64,000 bases of DNA. Source: Parasulfuritortus sp. (lineage in GTDB: Bacteria; Pseudomonadota; Gammaproteobacteria; Burkholderiales; Thiobacillaceae). Under the pieces are notes generated by a model, which saw nothing but the letters and a program-made list of their open reading frames with translations, did not search any database and was not told the DNA's origin. This document shows positions 27,971 to 37,141 of the stretch, piece after piece; position 1 is the first letter of the stretch; each line of letters starts with the position of its first letter. Where the stretch lies: the NCBI GenBank assembly GCA_031291185.1, contig JARLJM010000160.1:3137-67136 (forward strand), in the 5' to 3' direction. The translations under genes and the position numbers were made by a program.

Positions 27971-29158
27971 ATGCGTTTCTTCAAAGATCTCTCACTGGGG
28001 GCCTTCATGGCCGGCTTTGTCGCCGTGCTGGTCGGCTTTACCAGTTCGGTGGCCCTGGTGTTCCAGGCGGCGCAGGCCTTTCACGCCACGCCGGCCCAGA
28101 CCAGCTCCTGGATGTGGGCGCTCGGCCTGGGCATGGGGCTGAGCTCGCTGGTGCCGTCGTTGTTGCTGCGCATGCCGGTGATGGTGGCGTGGAGCACGCC
28201 CGGCGCGGCCGTGCTGGCCACCGCCGGGCTGACGGGCGGCTTTTCCATGGCCGAGGCGGTGGGCGCCTTCATGGTCTGCGCCGCGCTCATCACCGTGTCC
28301 GGGGCCACCGGCTGGTTTGAAAGAATCATGAACCGCATTCCGGTGGCGATTGCCTCGGCGCTGTTGGCCGGCGTGCTGGCGCGCTTTGGCCTGGACGCCT
28401 TTGCCGCGGCGCAGACGGCGCTGCCGCTGGTGCTGCTGATGCTGACCACTTACCTGCTCGGCAAGCGCTGGCTGCCGCGCTACGCGGTGGTCGTCACTTT
28501 TTTGGTGGCTATTATTTTCGTAGCTAGTCGTGGAGAACTGGCGGGGGCTAGCGTCGGTTTTGACCTGGCACGACCGGTCTTCACGATGCCGCGCTTCACC
28601 TGGGGCGCGATCATCAGCCTGGCCGTTCCCTTGTTCGTCGTGACCATGGCCTCGCAAAATCTGCCGGGCGTGGCCGTCATCCGGGCCACGGGCTACGGTG
28701 GCGCAAAAGGCATCCCGATCTCGAAGATCATCACGCTGACCGGTCTGGTCACGCTGGTGCTGGCGCCCTTCGGCGCCTATGCGCTGAACCTCGCCGCCAT
28801 CACCGCGGCGATCTGCATGGGCCGCGAAGCCCACCTCGATCCTGCCAAACGCTACACGGCGGCGGGCTCGTGCGGCGCCCTGTACATCGTGATCGGCATC
28901 TTCGGCGCTGCGGTCACGGGCCTGCTCACGGCGTTCCCGAAGGATCTGGTGGCGGCGATCGCCGGGCTGGCCCTGCTCGGCACGATTGGCGGCGGCATGG
29001 CGGCCGCCATCCGGGACGAGTCGCACCGCGAGGCCGCGATCATCACCTTCCTGGTCACGCTCAGCGGCGTGGTGATTGCGGGCGTGGGCTCGGCCTTCTG
29101 GGGCGTGGTGGCCGGCGCCATCGCGCTATTTGTGCAACAGTACGGTCGCGCCGACTAA
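27971..29158 (+). CDS. benE: Benzoate/H+ symporter BenE family transporter
   Basis: AWSTPGAA, VTMASQNLPG and NLAAITAAIC motifs. Confidence 0.88.
   Translation: MRFFKDLSLGAFMAGFVAVLVGFTSSVALVFQAAQAFHATPAQTSSWMWALGLGMGLSSLVPSLLLRMPVMVAWSTPGAAVLATAGLTGGFSMAEAVGAFMVCAALITVSGATGWFERIMNRIPVAIASALLAGVLARFGLDAFAAAQTALPLVLLMLTTYLLGKRWLPRYAVVVTFLVAIIFVASRGELAGASVGFDLARPVFTMPRFTWGAIISLAVPLFVVTMASQNLPGVAVIRATGYGGAKGIPISKIITLTGLVTLVLAPFGAYALNLAAITAAICMGREAHLDPAKRYTAAGSCGALYIVIGIFGAAVTGLLTAFPKDLVAAIAGLALLGTIGGGMAAAIRDESHREAAIITFLVTLSGVVIAGVGSAFWGVVAGAIALFVQQYGRAD
28508..28563 (+). repeat. 56-bp spaced motif, copy 7 (inside benE)
   Basis: GCT ATTATTTTCGT AGC N18 GGGGGCT N8 TTTTGA. Confidence 0.85.
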
Positions 29159-29187
29159 TTATTTTCCGCCCCTTCCTGCCCACGCCC

Positions 29188-30129
29188 ATGAACATTCTTT
29201 TCGTTGCCGATCCGCTCGAGTCCTTCAAGATCTACAAGGACACCACCTTCGCCATGATGCGCGAGCTGCAACAGCGCGGGCACCGCATCGCGGCCTGCGA
29301 GCCGCAGCAACTGTCCTGGGTGAGCGGTGGCCGGGTCGAGGCCGATGTGCGCGCCATCACACTCACGGGTGACGCCTCGGAATGGTTCAAAGTTGATAGC
29401 ACGCAGCACACACCCCTCAAGGACTTTGGCGCTGTTTTGATGCGAAAAGACCCGCCGTTCGATGCCGAATACATCTACGCCACGCATCTGCTCGAGCAGG
29501 CCGAGCGCGAGGGCGCGCGCGTCTTCAACAAGCCCTCGGCGCTGCGCGACCACCCCGAAAAACTCGCCATCATGGAGTTTGCACAGTTCATCGGCCCCAC
29601 GCTGGTCACCAGCAGCGCGGCCGACATCCAGCGGTTTCATGCCGCGCACAAGGACATCATCCTCAAGCCGCTCGACGGCATGGGCGGCATGGGGATTTTC
29701 CGCGTGCGCGCCGATGGCCTGAACCTGGGCAGCATCACCGAGACGCTGAACCGCAATGGCACGCAATCGGTGATGGTGCAAAAGTTCCTGCCCGAGATCG
29801 TGCGCGGCGACAAACGCGTGCTGGTGATCGGTGGCCAGCCGGTGCCGTACAGCCTGGCGCGCATTCCGCAGGGCAGCGAGGTGCGCGCCAACCTGGCCGC
29901 TGGCGGCAAGGGCGTGGCGCAGCCGCTCTCCAACCGCGACCGCGAGATTGCGCAGGCGCTGGGTCCGGTGCTGGCGGCGCGTGGCCTGCTGCTGGTGGGT
30001 ATCGACGTGATTGGCGACTACGTGACCGAAATCAACGTCACCAGCCCGACCTGCTTTCAGGAAATCTTCCAGCAGACCGGCTTCGACGTGCCGGCCATGT
30101 TTGCCGATGCGCTGGAGGCTGCGCTGTAG
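29188..30129 (+). CDS. gshB: Glutathione synthetase
   Basis: KDTTFAMM, MRKDPPFD, KPLDGMGG and TEINVTSPT motifs; start ATG 29188. Confidence 0.96.
   Translation: MNILFVADPLESFKIYKDTTFAMMRELQQRGHRIAACEPQQLSWVSGGRVEADVRAITLTGDASEWFKVDSTQHTPLKDFGAVLMRKDPPFDAEYIYATHLLEQAEREGARVFNKPSALRDHPEKLAIMEFAQFIGPTLVTSSAADIQRFHAAHKDIILKPLDGMGGMGIFRVRADGLNLGSITETLNRNGTQSVMVQKFLPEIVRGDKRVLVIGGQPVPYSLARIPQGSEVRANLAAGGKGVAQPLSNRDREIAQALGPVLAARGLLLVGIDVIGDYVTEINVTSPTCFQEIFQQTGFDVPAMFADALEAAL
29384..29440 (+). repeat. 56-bp spaced motif, copy 8 (inside gshB)
   Basis: GGT TCAAAGTTGAT AGC N18 AAGGACT N9 TTTTGA. Confidence 0.7.
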
Positions 30130-30214
30130 CGCATCGGCCTCGCGCCTGCCGGGCTCGGCGGATCGACCTCATGCTTGGCACGACCCGCGACGCATGAAAC
30201 CGGCGCAGCCAGAT

Positions 30215-30298
30215 GCCAGGGATACCGCGGAACCGGCTTTGCCGGGCCGCTGGTATCGCCCCCCTTGAGGGGGAGGCGCCGCAGGCGCTTCGGGGGTG
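30215..30298. repeat. GC-rich palindromic REP-like element (second type)
   Basis: GATACC-GCGG..CCGC-TGGTATC stem, CCCCCTTGAGGGGG core similar to family 1, and GCGCC-GCA-GGCGC stem; lies between the convergent gshB and GATase genes. Single copy in the window. Confidence 0.6.
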
Positions 30299-30300
30299 TT

Positions 30301-31065
30301 TCACCCCACGGGCATCCCGTCCACAAACACCCTGAGCTCATTCGGCGCAAACGCGGTCCAGGTCTCGTTGCTGGTCAGCGGCGTGGTCACCACCACGGCG
30401 GCGCGGTCATCGGGCGAGTTGATGTCGGCAAAGTTGACCGACAGGTCCTGGTCGGACAGCGTGGCGTGCGCAAACGGGTACTGGCGCACCAGGTAGTACA
30501 GGCTGGTGGAGGCGTGCGCCCACAGCGCCTGGCCGTTGGAGAGCAGGAAGTTGAAGTTGCCGTAGCGCCTGATTTGCGGCACCAGTTCGTGCAGCGTCAG
30601 GGTCAGCTCGGCCACGCTGGGCATGCCTGCGTGCGACTTGGCCAGCTGCTGCATCAGCCAGCAAAAGGCGCGCTCGCTGTCCGTGGTGCCGACCGGGTGA
30701 AAGCTGCCGTGCAGATGCGGGTGGTAGTCCTTCAGGTCGCCGTTGTGCGCAAACACCCAGTAGTGGCCCCACAGTTCGCGCACGAACGGATGCGCGTTTT
30801 CCAGCGCAACGTCGCCCTGCGTGGCCTTGCGCACGTGCGCCACGATATTGCGGCTCTTGATCGGGTAGCGGCGGATCAGCTCGGCCACGGGCGACTCCAC
30901 CGCGCTCTGGTGGTCGACAAAATGGCGCAGCCCCCGGCCCTCGAAAAACGCAATGCCCCAGCCGTCGGCGTGGTGGTCCGTCAGGCCCCCGCGCTGGCAA
31001 AACCCGGTGAAGCTGAAGGTCGCATCCGTCGGGGTTTTGCAGTTGAGTCCGAGCAGCTGGCACAT
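30301..31065 (-). CDS. Class II glutamine amidotransferase, YafJ-like
   Basis: N-terminal MCQLLG (Cys2 nucleophile), DGWGIAF, HNGDL and GTTDSE motifs. Confidence 0.9.
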   Translation of the reverse strand: MCQLLGLNCKTPTDATFSFTGFCQRGGLTDHHADGWGIAFFEGRGLRHFVDHQSAVESPVAELIRRYPIKSRNIVAHVRKATQGDVALENAHPFVRELWGHYWVFAHNGDLKDYHPHLHGSFHPVGTTDSERAFCWLMQQLAKSHAGMPSVAELTLTLHELVPQIRRYGNFNFLLSNGQALWAHASTSLYYLVRQYPFAHATLSDQDLSVNFADINSPDDRAAVVVTTPLTSNETWTAFAPNELRVFVDGMPVG

Positions 31066-31237
31066 GGTGGGTGGCGACAAGGTGGCGATGAGGTGACAGT
31101 CTGGGGGTAGCCCATGGCGGGCCTGTTTCGCTATTGTGTCATTGCGCGGGCGTTGCCGGCGCGGACTTTGTGCACAGTTGCCGCGCCGCAACGAGCGCCC
31201 ATGGCAAACTGCGACGACGACTCTGGAGGGTGGCCCC

Positions 31238-32426
31238 ATGGAATTGCCGACTGACGCACGTTCCGACATGCCGGGCAGCCTGTGGAAACGCCGCAAGGCG
31301 CCCACCGCGACCCGTGCCTACCGTTGCCAATGCGGCCGACCCGTGTTCTTTCGCAACAGCCGCTGCCTGGCCTGCGGTACGCCGCTGGGCTACGAGGTGC
31401 AACGCGAGCGCGGTGCTGCCGCTGCAGCCGGGGCCGCAGCAGGACAGCTGGCAACTGAGGGGCGACAACAGCGCTGCGCTGTACCAGCGCTGCCGCAACT
31501 TCGAGAGCGCTGCGGGCTGCAACTGGCTGGTGCCTTATGCCGTGGGTGCGCCCGACGATCACGGCGGCAACGGCCTGTGCGTGGCCTGCAACCTCGACCG
31601 TACCATTCCCGATCTGTCGCTGGAAGACAACCGGCAACTCTGGGGCAAGTTCGAGACCGCCAAGCGGCGCCTCGTGGCGCAGCTGCTGGCGTTGGGCCTG
31701 CCGGTGGCGTCGCGGGTGAACCAGGACCCTGCGCGCGGGCTGGCCTTTGATTTCCTGCGCACGCCACCCGGTGGCCCGCGCGTGATGACGGGCCATGCCG
31801 ACGGCATCATCACGCTGGACATCGAGGAGGCTGACGACGCCACGCGCGAGGCCACCCGGGCCGCGCTGCGCGAGCCCTACCGCACGCTGCTGGGGCACTG
31901 CCGCCACGAGGTCGGGCACTACTACTGGGACCGCCTGATCCGCGACACGCCATGGCTTGGCGACTACCGCGCCCTGTTCGGTGACGAGCGGCAGGACTAC
32001 GCCGGCGCGCTGCGCCGCAACTACGAGCAGGGGCCGCCTGCCGATTGGGCGCAGCGCTTTGTCAGCGGCTATGCGGGCTGCCATCCATGGGAGGACTGGG
32101 CCGAGACGTGGGCGCACTACCTGCACATGGTGGACACGCTGGACACCGCGCTGAGCTTCGGCCTCGACGCCGACGAGGTGGAAATCGACGGCGAGCCGTT
32201 CGGTCCGGGTGCGCTATGGCGGCCCGACGACGCCGGGGCGGCGCCGTTCCTGGAGTTCATCAACTCATGGATTCAGCTCACCAGCGTGCTCAACGAGCTC
32301 TCGCGCAGCATGGGCCAGCCCGATTTCTACCCGTTTGTGCTGTCGCGGGCCGTGGTCGGCAAACTGCAGTTCGTCCATCTGGTGATTCGAGCCGCCCGCG
32401 CCGAAAACCATAAAAACAGGTCGTAG
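31238..32426 (+). pseudogene. Zinc-ribbon plus putative zinc-binding metallopeptidase (DUF2248-like), frameshifted near 31406
   Basis: One frame from ATG 31238 (SD GGAGG) gives YRCQCGRPVFFRNSRCLACGTPLGYE. A second frame continues SAVLPL..RCRN..CNWLV..REPYRTLLGHCRHEVGHYYW..HPWEDWAETWAHYLH. Removing one base near 31406 joins them. Confidence 0.75.
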
Positions 32427-32466
32427 CCCTTTCAGGGTATGCCAAAGTAGCTATAAAAGTTATAGC
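32411..32466 (-). repeat. 56-bp spaced motif, copy 9 (between convergent stops)
   Basis: Reverse complement: GCT ATAACTTTTAT AGC N18 AAGGGCT N8 TTTTTA. Confidence 0.88.
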
Positions 32467-32708
32467 TACAAAGTTGTTACGTTTGTTGCCTGCTCACTCG
32501 CGCAGGTCCGGCATATGCATGCTTGGCCGCGCGCCGATGCCGGCACGCGCGCCAGCACGGCGGGGGGAAACTGAACCTGTGTGCACCAGCAGGGCGGCTG
32601 CGGCTCGCCCGTGACGCGCCGGGTTTCCATGGCGCACTGGTTCGGCCTGCCGCACAGCGGGCAGCGGCTGGGGTCGGGCGGGGTGTCGGGCAAGGTCAGG
32701 GAGGGCAT
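32466..32708 (-). CDS. Cysteine-rich CWC family protein
   Basis: CPLCGRPNQC...CWC...CICRTC pattern. Confidence 0.82.
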   Translation of the reverse strand: MPSLTLPDTPPDPSRCPLCGRPNQCAMETRRVTGEPQPPCWCTQVQFPPAVLARVPASARGQACICRTCASEQATNVTTL

Positions 32709-32885
32709 TTGTATCAAAAGATGACGATGTTTCAGGGCGCCGTTCGGGGCGTCAATGCGGCCGTTGACGTCAGGGCGCCCGCGGGCGATGGCGCCAGTCG
32801 CCCGCTAAAATGACACTCCCGCGGCGAGTCCATGCGTACATGGTAGTTATATTCGGCGTGAACGGGTAAATCGATCTCACACACC

Positions 32886-33200
32886 ATGTCCCTCTCCAAC
32901 ATCCATACCCTGCCCGCGGCCGCATTGCCCGTCTCCAAGGCGGATCCTGCGCTGATGCGCGAGGTGGCCGAGTTGATGGTGTCCGCCCTCAACCTCGACA
33001 CGCTCGCCGCCGACATCGCGCCCGACGAACCGCTGTATGGCGACGGGCTGGGCCTGGACTCGATCGACATTCTCGAGGTGGCGCTGGTGATTTCCAGGCA
33101 ATACGGCCTGCAACTGCGCGCCGACCACGAAGACAACGGTCAGATCTTCCGCTCGCTGCGCTCCCTGAGCGAGCACATCGCCGCGCAAAGAACCAAGTGA
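32886..33200 (+). CDS. Acyl carrier protein (XanC-like)
   Basis: GDGLGLDSIDILE phosphopantetheine attachment site. Confidence 0.9.
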   Translation: MSLSNIHTLPAAALPVSKADPALMREVAELMVSALNLDTLAADIAPDEPLYGDGLGLDSIDILEVALVISRQYGLQLRADHEDNGQIFRSLRSLSEHIAAQRTK

Positions 33201-33868
33201 AACCCGAATGGGCTGCACGGCTGGTACCGGTGTGCAAGGGCGCGGCGGCTGTCGGTGTGTGTATCGGCTACTCCCTGTTGGCGCACCTTGCGGCGGCGGC
33301 ACCGGCACCTGGCCTGTTCGAGGCGGCCGTGGCCCTCGCGCCGGGCCTGACGCTGGCGTTTTTGCTCGCCTGGCGCTCAGCGCACAAGCCGCTCGGGTTG
33401 GCGCTGTGGGGGGCGGGCTGCCTCGGCCTGTACGGCGCCAGCGGCTGGCTGGTGGGGCATTACCACTGGGTATTTTTGCTGCAGGATGCGGGCCTGCAGG
33501 TGCTGCTCGGACTGACGTTCGGGCGCACCCTGCGGCCGGGGCAGACCCCGTTGGTGTCGCAGTTCGCCGCCCTGCTGCACGGGGCGCTGTCGCCCGCGGT
33601 GGTGCGCTACACCCGGCGCGCGACCTGGGCCTGGACACTGTTCTTTGCCGGCATGGCGACGCTGTCGCTGGCGCTGTTCTGGCTCGCGCCCATCGCCGTC
33701 TGGTCCGTCTTTGCGAATCTGCTGGGCCTGCCGCTGGTGGTGCTGATGTTTGTCGCGGAGTATGTGGTGCGCCGCTGCGTGCTGCCCAAGGCCGACCGGG
33801 CCGGACTGTGGGAGGCGTTTGCGGCCTACCGACAGTCGTCGGCGGGCGTCGCGCGGCGCGCGCACTGA
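33197..33868 (+). CDS. Membrane protein (COG4648-like) of aryl-polyene clusters
   Basis: FGRTLRPGQTPL, YTRRAT.AW, WSVFAN and EYVVR motifs; multiple TM segments. Confidence 0.72.
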   Translation: MKPEWAARLVPVCKGAAAVGVCIGYSLLAHLAAAAPAPGLFEAAVALAPGLTLAFLLAWRSAHKPLGLALWGAGCLGLYGASGWLVGHYHWVFLLQDAGLQVLLGLTFGRTLRPGQTPLVSQFAALLHGALSPAVVRYTRRATWAWTLFFAGMATLSLALFWLAPIAVWSVFANLLGLPLVVLMFVAEYVVRRCVLPKADRAGLWEAFAAYRQSSAGVARRAH

Positions 33869-33903
33869 TGCGCTCCGCAAATGCCCGTGCGCTTTAGTCT
33901 GTC

Positions 33904-35271
33904 ATGACCACTTTTCCGCTTGTCACGCATCGCGGCATGGACGACGCGCTGGCGTACCGCCACGGCGAGCTCATCACGGTCGGCCAGTTCCTGCACGACG
34001 CAAGGCGGCTGGCGGCCTTGTACCCGCAGGGGCGGCACGTGCTCAACGCCTGCACCGATCGCTACCACTTCACGGTCGGGCTGGCGGCCGCCATGCTGGC
34101 GGACAGAATCAGCCTGCTGCCGCCGACCCACACGCCGGAGATGGTGCGCCAGCTGCGGCTGTTTGCGCCCGATGTGTTTTGCCTGAGCGACGGTGCGACG
34201 ACGATTGATCTGCCGCGGGTCGCCTATCCCGACCCGGCGCCGCGCGGCGATGGGCCCGAGGCTGTGCCGGCCAAGGTCCCGCAGATCCCGGCCGACCAGA
34301 CGGTGGCTCATGTGTTCACCTCGGGCTCGACCGGCGTGCCCCTGCCGCATCGCAAAACCTGGGGCGCCCTGGTGCGCAATGTGCAGGCCGGCGCGGCGCG
34401 GCTCGGGCTGCTCGAAGGGGCGCGCTACAGCATCGTTGGGACCGTTCCGCCGCAGCACATGTATGGCTTTGAGTCCACGGTCCTGCTGGCGCTGCAGGGC
34501 GGCGCCGCGCTGAGCGCCGGGCACCCCTTCTACCCGGCCGATATTTGCAGCGCCATCGCCGCGGTGCCGCGGCCCCGCCTGCTGGTGACCACGCCCGTGC
34601 ACCTGCGCGTGCTGCTGTCCGCGGGCATGGACGTTCCCGCGCTCGATCTGGTGCTGTCCGCGACCGCGCCGATGCCTGCGCCACTGGCGCAGGCCGCCGA
34701 AGCCCGCCTGCAGGTGCCGCTGCTGGAGATTTATGGCTCTACCGAAACCGGGCAGATCGCCACGCGCCGCACCGCAACGGCCGCGCAGTGGACGCTGTTT
34801 CCAGGTGTGCGTCTCGTCCCGCAGGGCGACCACATGTGGGCGTCGGGCGGCCATGTCGAGGTGCCGGTGGCCTTGGGCGACATACTGGAGTGCGTGGATG
34901 ACCGGCACTTTCTGCTGCACGGGCGCAAGGCCGATCTGGTCAACATCGCCGGCAAACGCAATTCGCTGGCCTACCTGAATCATCAGCTGAACGCCATCGC
35001 GGGCGTGCAGGACGGGGCTTTTTTCATGCCGGACGAGGACGACGCCGGCACGGGCGTCACGCGCCTGCTGGCCTTCGCCGTGGCCCCGGGCCTGTCGCAG
35101 GCCGCGCTGCGCGCCGCGCTGCGCGGGCGCATCGATCCCGTGTTCATGCCGCGCCCGCTGGTGCTGGTGGAGCGCCTGCCGCGCAACAGCACGGGCAAAC
35201 TGCCGCGCGAGGCGCTGCAGGCGCTTGCGCTGACCCACGACCAGACAGGACGCGGCCGGCATGCAGGGTGA
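33904..35271 (+). CDS. AMP-dependent acyl/aryl-CoA (or ACP) ligase, XanA2-like
   Basis: FTSGSTGVP, QHMYGFES, EIYGSTETG and GRKADLVNIAGKR motifs. Confidence 0.85.
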   Translation: MTTFPLVTHRGMDDALAYRHGELITVGQFLHDARRLAALYPQGRHVLNACTDRYHFTVGLAAAMLADRISLLPPTHTPEMVRQLRLFAPDVFCLSDGATTIDLPRVAYPDPAPRGDGPEAVPAKVPQIPADQTVAHVFTSGSTGVPLPHRKTWGALVRNVQAGAARLGLLEGARYSIVGTVPPQHMYGFESTVLLALQGGAALSAGHPFYPADICSAIAAVPRPRLLVTTPVHLRVLLSAGMDVPALDLVLSATAPMPAPLAQAAEARLQVPLLEIYGSTETGQIATRRTATAAQWTLFPGVRLVPQGDHMWASGGHVEVPVALGDILECVDDRHFLLHGRKADLVNIAGKRNSLAYLNHQLNAIAGVQDGAFFMPDEDDAGTGVTRLLAFAVAPGLSQAALRAALRGRIDPVFMPRPLVLVERLPRNSTGKLPREALQALALTHDQTGRGRHAG

Positions 35272-35563
35272 ACACCTGGCGGAACACGCGCTGACGGTGC
35301 CGGCCGATCACCCCGCGTTTGCCGGCCACTTTCCGGGCGCGCCCATCCTGCCGGGCGTGGTGCTGCTGGACGCCGTGGTGCAGCGGGCGCCGGGCGCGTC
35401 GGCCGGCGTGCATCAAATCTCGTCCGCCAAGTTTTTCAGCCCGGTCGCGCCCGGCGAGTCGCTGGTTATTGCGTATACGCGCACGGCCGGCGCCGGTCTG
35501 CGCTGGAGCATCGCCTGCGGCGCGCGCAAGGTCGCCAGCGGAACGCTGGTGCTGGCTACATGA
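35261..35563 (+). CDS. Hotdog-fold 3-hydroxyacyl-ACP dehydratase (ApeI-like)
   Basis: HPAFAGHFPGAPILPGV motif. Confidence 0.85.
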   Translation: MQGEHLAEHALTVPADHPAFAGHFPGAPILPGVVLLDAVVQRAPGASAGVHQISSAKFFSPVAPGESLVIAYTRTAGAGLRWSIACGARKVASGTLVLAT

Positions 35564-36543
35564 GCGAACGGGCTGTCAACGTGGGGGCGCCGGCCGGCAA
35601 GCCAGTGAACTGGAAGGACAGTCCGGAGCGCAGCAACCAGTTCCTGCTGCGCGTCATGTGCTGGATTTCCCTGCGCCTGGGGCGCCGGGTTGCGCGCTGC
35701 GTGCTGTGCGGAATCGCGGTGTATTTCCTGTTGTTCTCACCCAAGGCCCGGCTGGCCTCGCGCCGCTACCTGCAGCGGGTTTTGAAGCTGCCGGCCTCTG
35801 CCCGCGTGGGATGGCGCCATCTGTTTCGCCATTTCATGACCTTTGCCTCTGTCATTCATGACCGCATCTACCTGGTCAACGACCGCTTTGACCTGTTCGA
35901 TATTGAACTGCACCAGCAGCAGCTGATCACCAATGTGCTGGCCGAGGGCCGCGGGGCGCTGCTGCTGGGCGCGCACCTGGGCAGCTTTGAGGTGATGCGT
36001 GCGGTCGGCCGCCAGCAGCCCGGCCTGCGCGTGGTGATGGTGATGTACGAGGAAAACGCCCGGAAAATCAACGCCCTGCTGGCCGCCATCAATCCGGCCG
36101 TGCAGCAGGACATCGTGGCACTCGGTCACGTGGACTCCATGATGGCCGTGCATGCGCTGTTCGAGACGGGCGCCGTGGTCGGCATTCTGGGCGACCGCTC
36201 GCTGGGTCAGGATGCCACGGTGCCGTTGCCCTTTCTCGGCGCACCGGCGCTGCTGCCCGTGGGCCCGTTTCGCATGGCGGCCATTTTGCGGCGGCCGGTG
36301 CTGTTCATGGTCGGGCTGTACGGCGGGGGCAGCCGCTACGATGTCCATTTTGAAACGGTGGCTGATTTTTCCAACGTTCCGGCCGGTGGCCGTGCGGCTG
36401 CGATCCAGGCCGCCATGAGCCGTTACGTGCAGCTGCTGGAGCAGTATTGCGAAGTGGCACCCTATAACTGGTTCAACTTCTTTGATTTCTGGCAAGGCGC
36501 GCCAACGCCAGCTGCCGCACCTCAGCGGACACGCCATGATTGA
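35560..36543 (+). CDS. LpxL/LpxP-family acyltransferase
   Basis: GAHLGSFE, LGDR and PYNWFNFFDFW motifs. Confidence 0.85.
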   Translation: MSERAVNVGAPAGKPVNWKDSPERSNQFLLRVMCWISLRLGRRVARCVLCGIAVYFLLFSPKARLASRRYLQRVLKLPASARVGWRHLFRHFMTFASVIHDRIYLVNDRFDLFDIELHQQQLITNVLAEGRGALLLGAHLGSFEVMRAVGRQQPGLRVVMVMYEENARKINALLAAINPAVQQDIVALGHVDSMMAVHALFETGAVVGILGDRSLGQDATVPLPFLGAPALLPVGPFRMAAILRRPVLFMVGLYGGGSRYDVHFETVADFSNVPAGGRAAAIQAAMSRYVQLLEQYCEVAPYNWFNFFDFWQGAPTPAAAPQRTRHD

Positions 36544-37141
36544 TTCGCTGATCGCAAGACGACGCTGGTGCAGCCGCCTGCTGGCCGCTGCGGGCCTGGC
36601 CCTGGCGCTGCTGAGCGCGCCGGCCCATGCCGCCTGGGATGTGGACCAGCTCATGCAGGCGCTGGCGCAAAACAAATCGGGCCGCGCCACCTTCGTGGAA
36701 AAAAAATACATCGCGATGCTCGACAAACCGGTGGAGTCTTCGGGCGAGCTGCTCTTCATCGCCCCCGACCGGCTTGAGAAGCGCACCGTCAAACCCAAGC
36801 CCGAATCCATGGTGCTGGAGGGCAACACGCTCACGCTCGAGCGCGGGCGCCGGCAGTATGTGCTGGCGTTGCAGGACTATCCCGAACTGGGCGCTTTTAC
36901 CGAGAGCATTCGCGGCACGCTCGCGGGCGACCAAAAAGCGCTGGCGCGCATCTACAACATCACGCTGGAAGGCAGCGAAGAGCGCTGGACGCTGACGCTG
37001 CGCCCGATCGAGCCCAAGATGGCTGCCGCGGTGCAACGCGTTGTCATCCACGGCAGCCATGCCGACCTGCGTTCGATCGAGATCGAGCAGGCGGACAAGG
37101 ACCGTTCGGTCATGACGATCACCTCGACCACCCCGCCATGA
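36536..37141 (+). CDS. LolA-like periplasmic lipid carrier
   Basis: Signal peptide ending AHA; FVEKKY..SSGELLFIAPDRLEKRT. Confidence 0.8.
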   Translation: MIDSLIARRRWCSRLLAAAGLALALLSAPAHAAWDVDQLMQALAQNKSGRATFVEKKYIAMLDKPVESSGELLFIAPDRLEKRTVKPKPESMVLEGNTLTLERGRRQYVLALQDYPELGAFTESIRGTLAGDQKALARIYNITLEGSEERWTLTLRPIEPKMAAAVQRVVIHGSHADLRSIEIEQADKDRSVMTITSTTPP

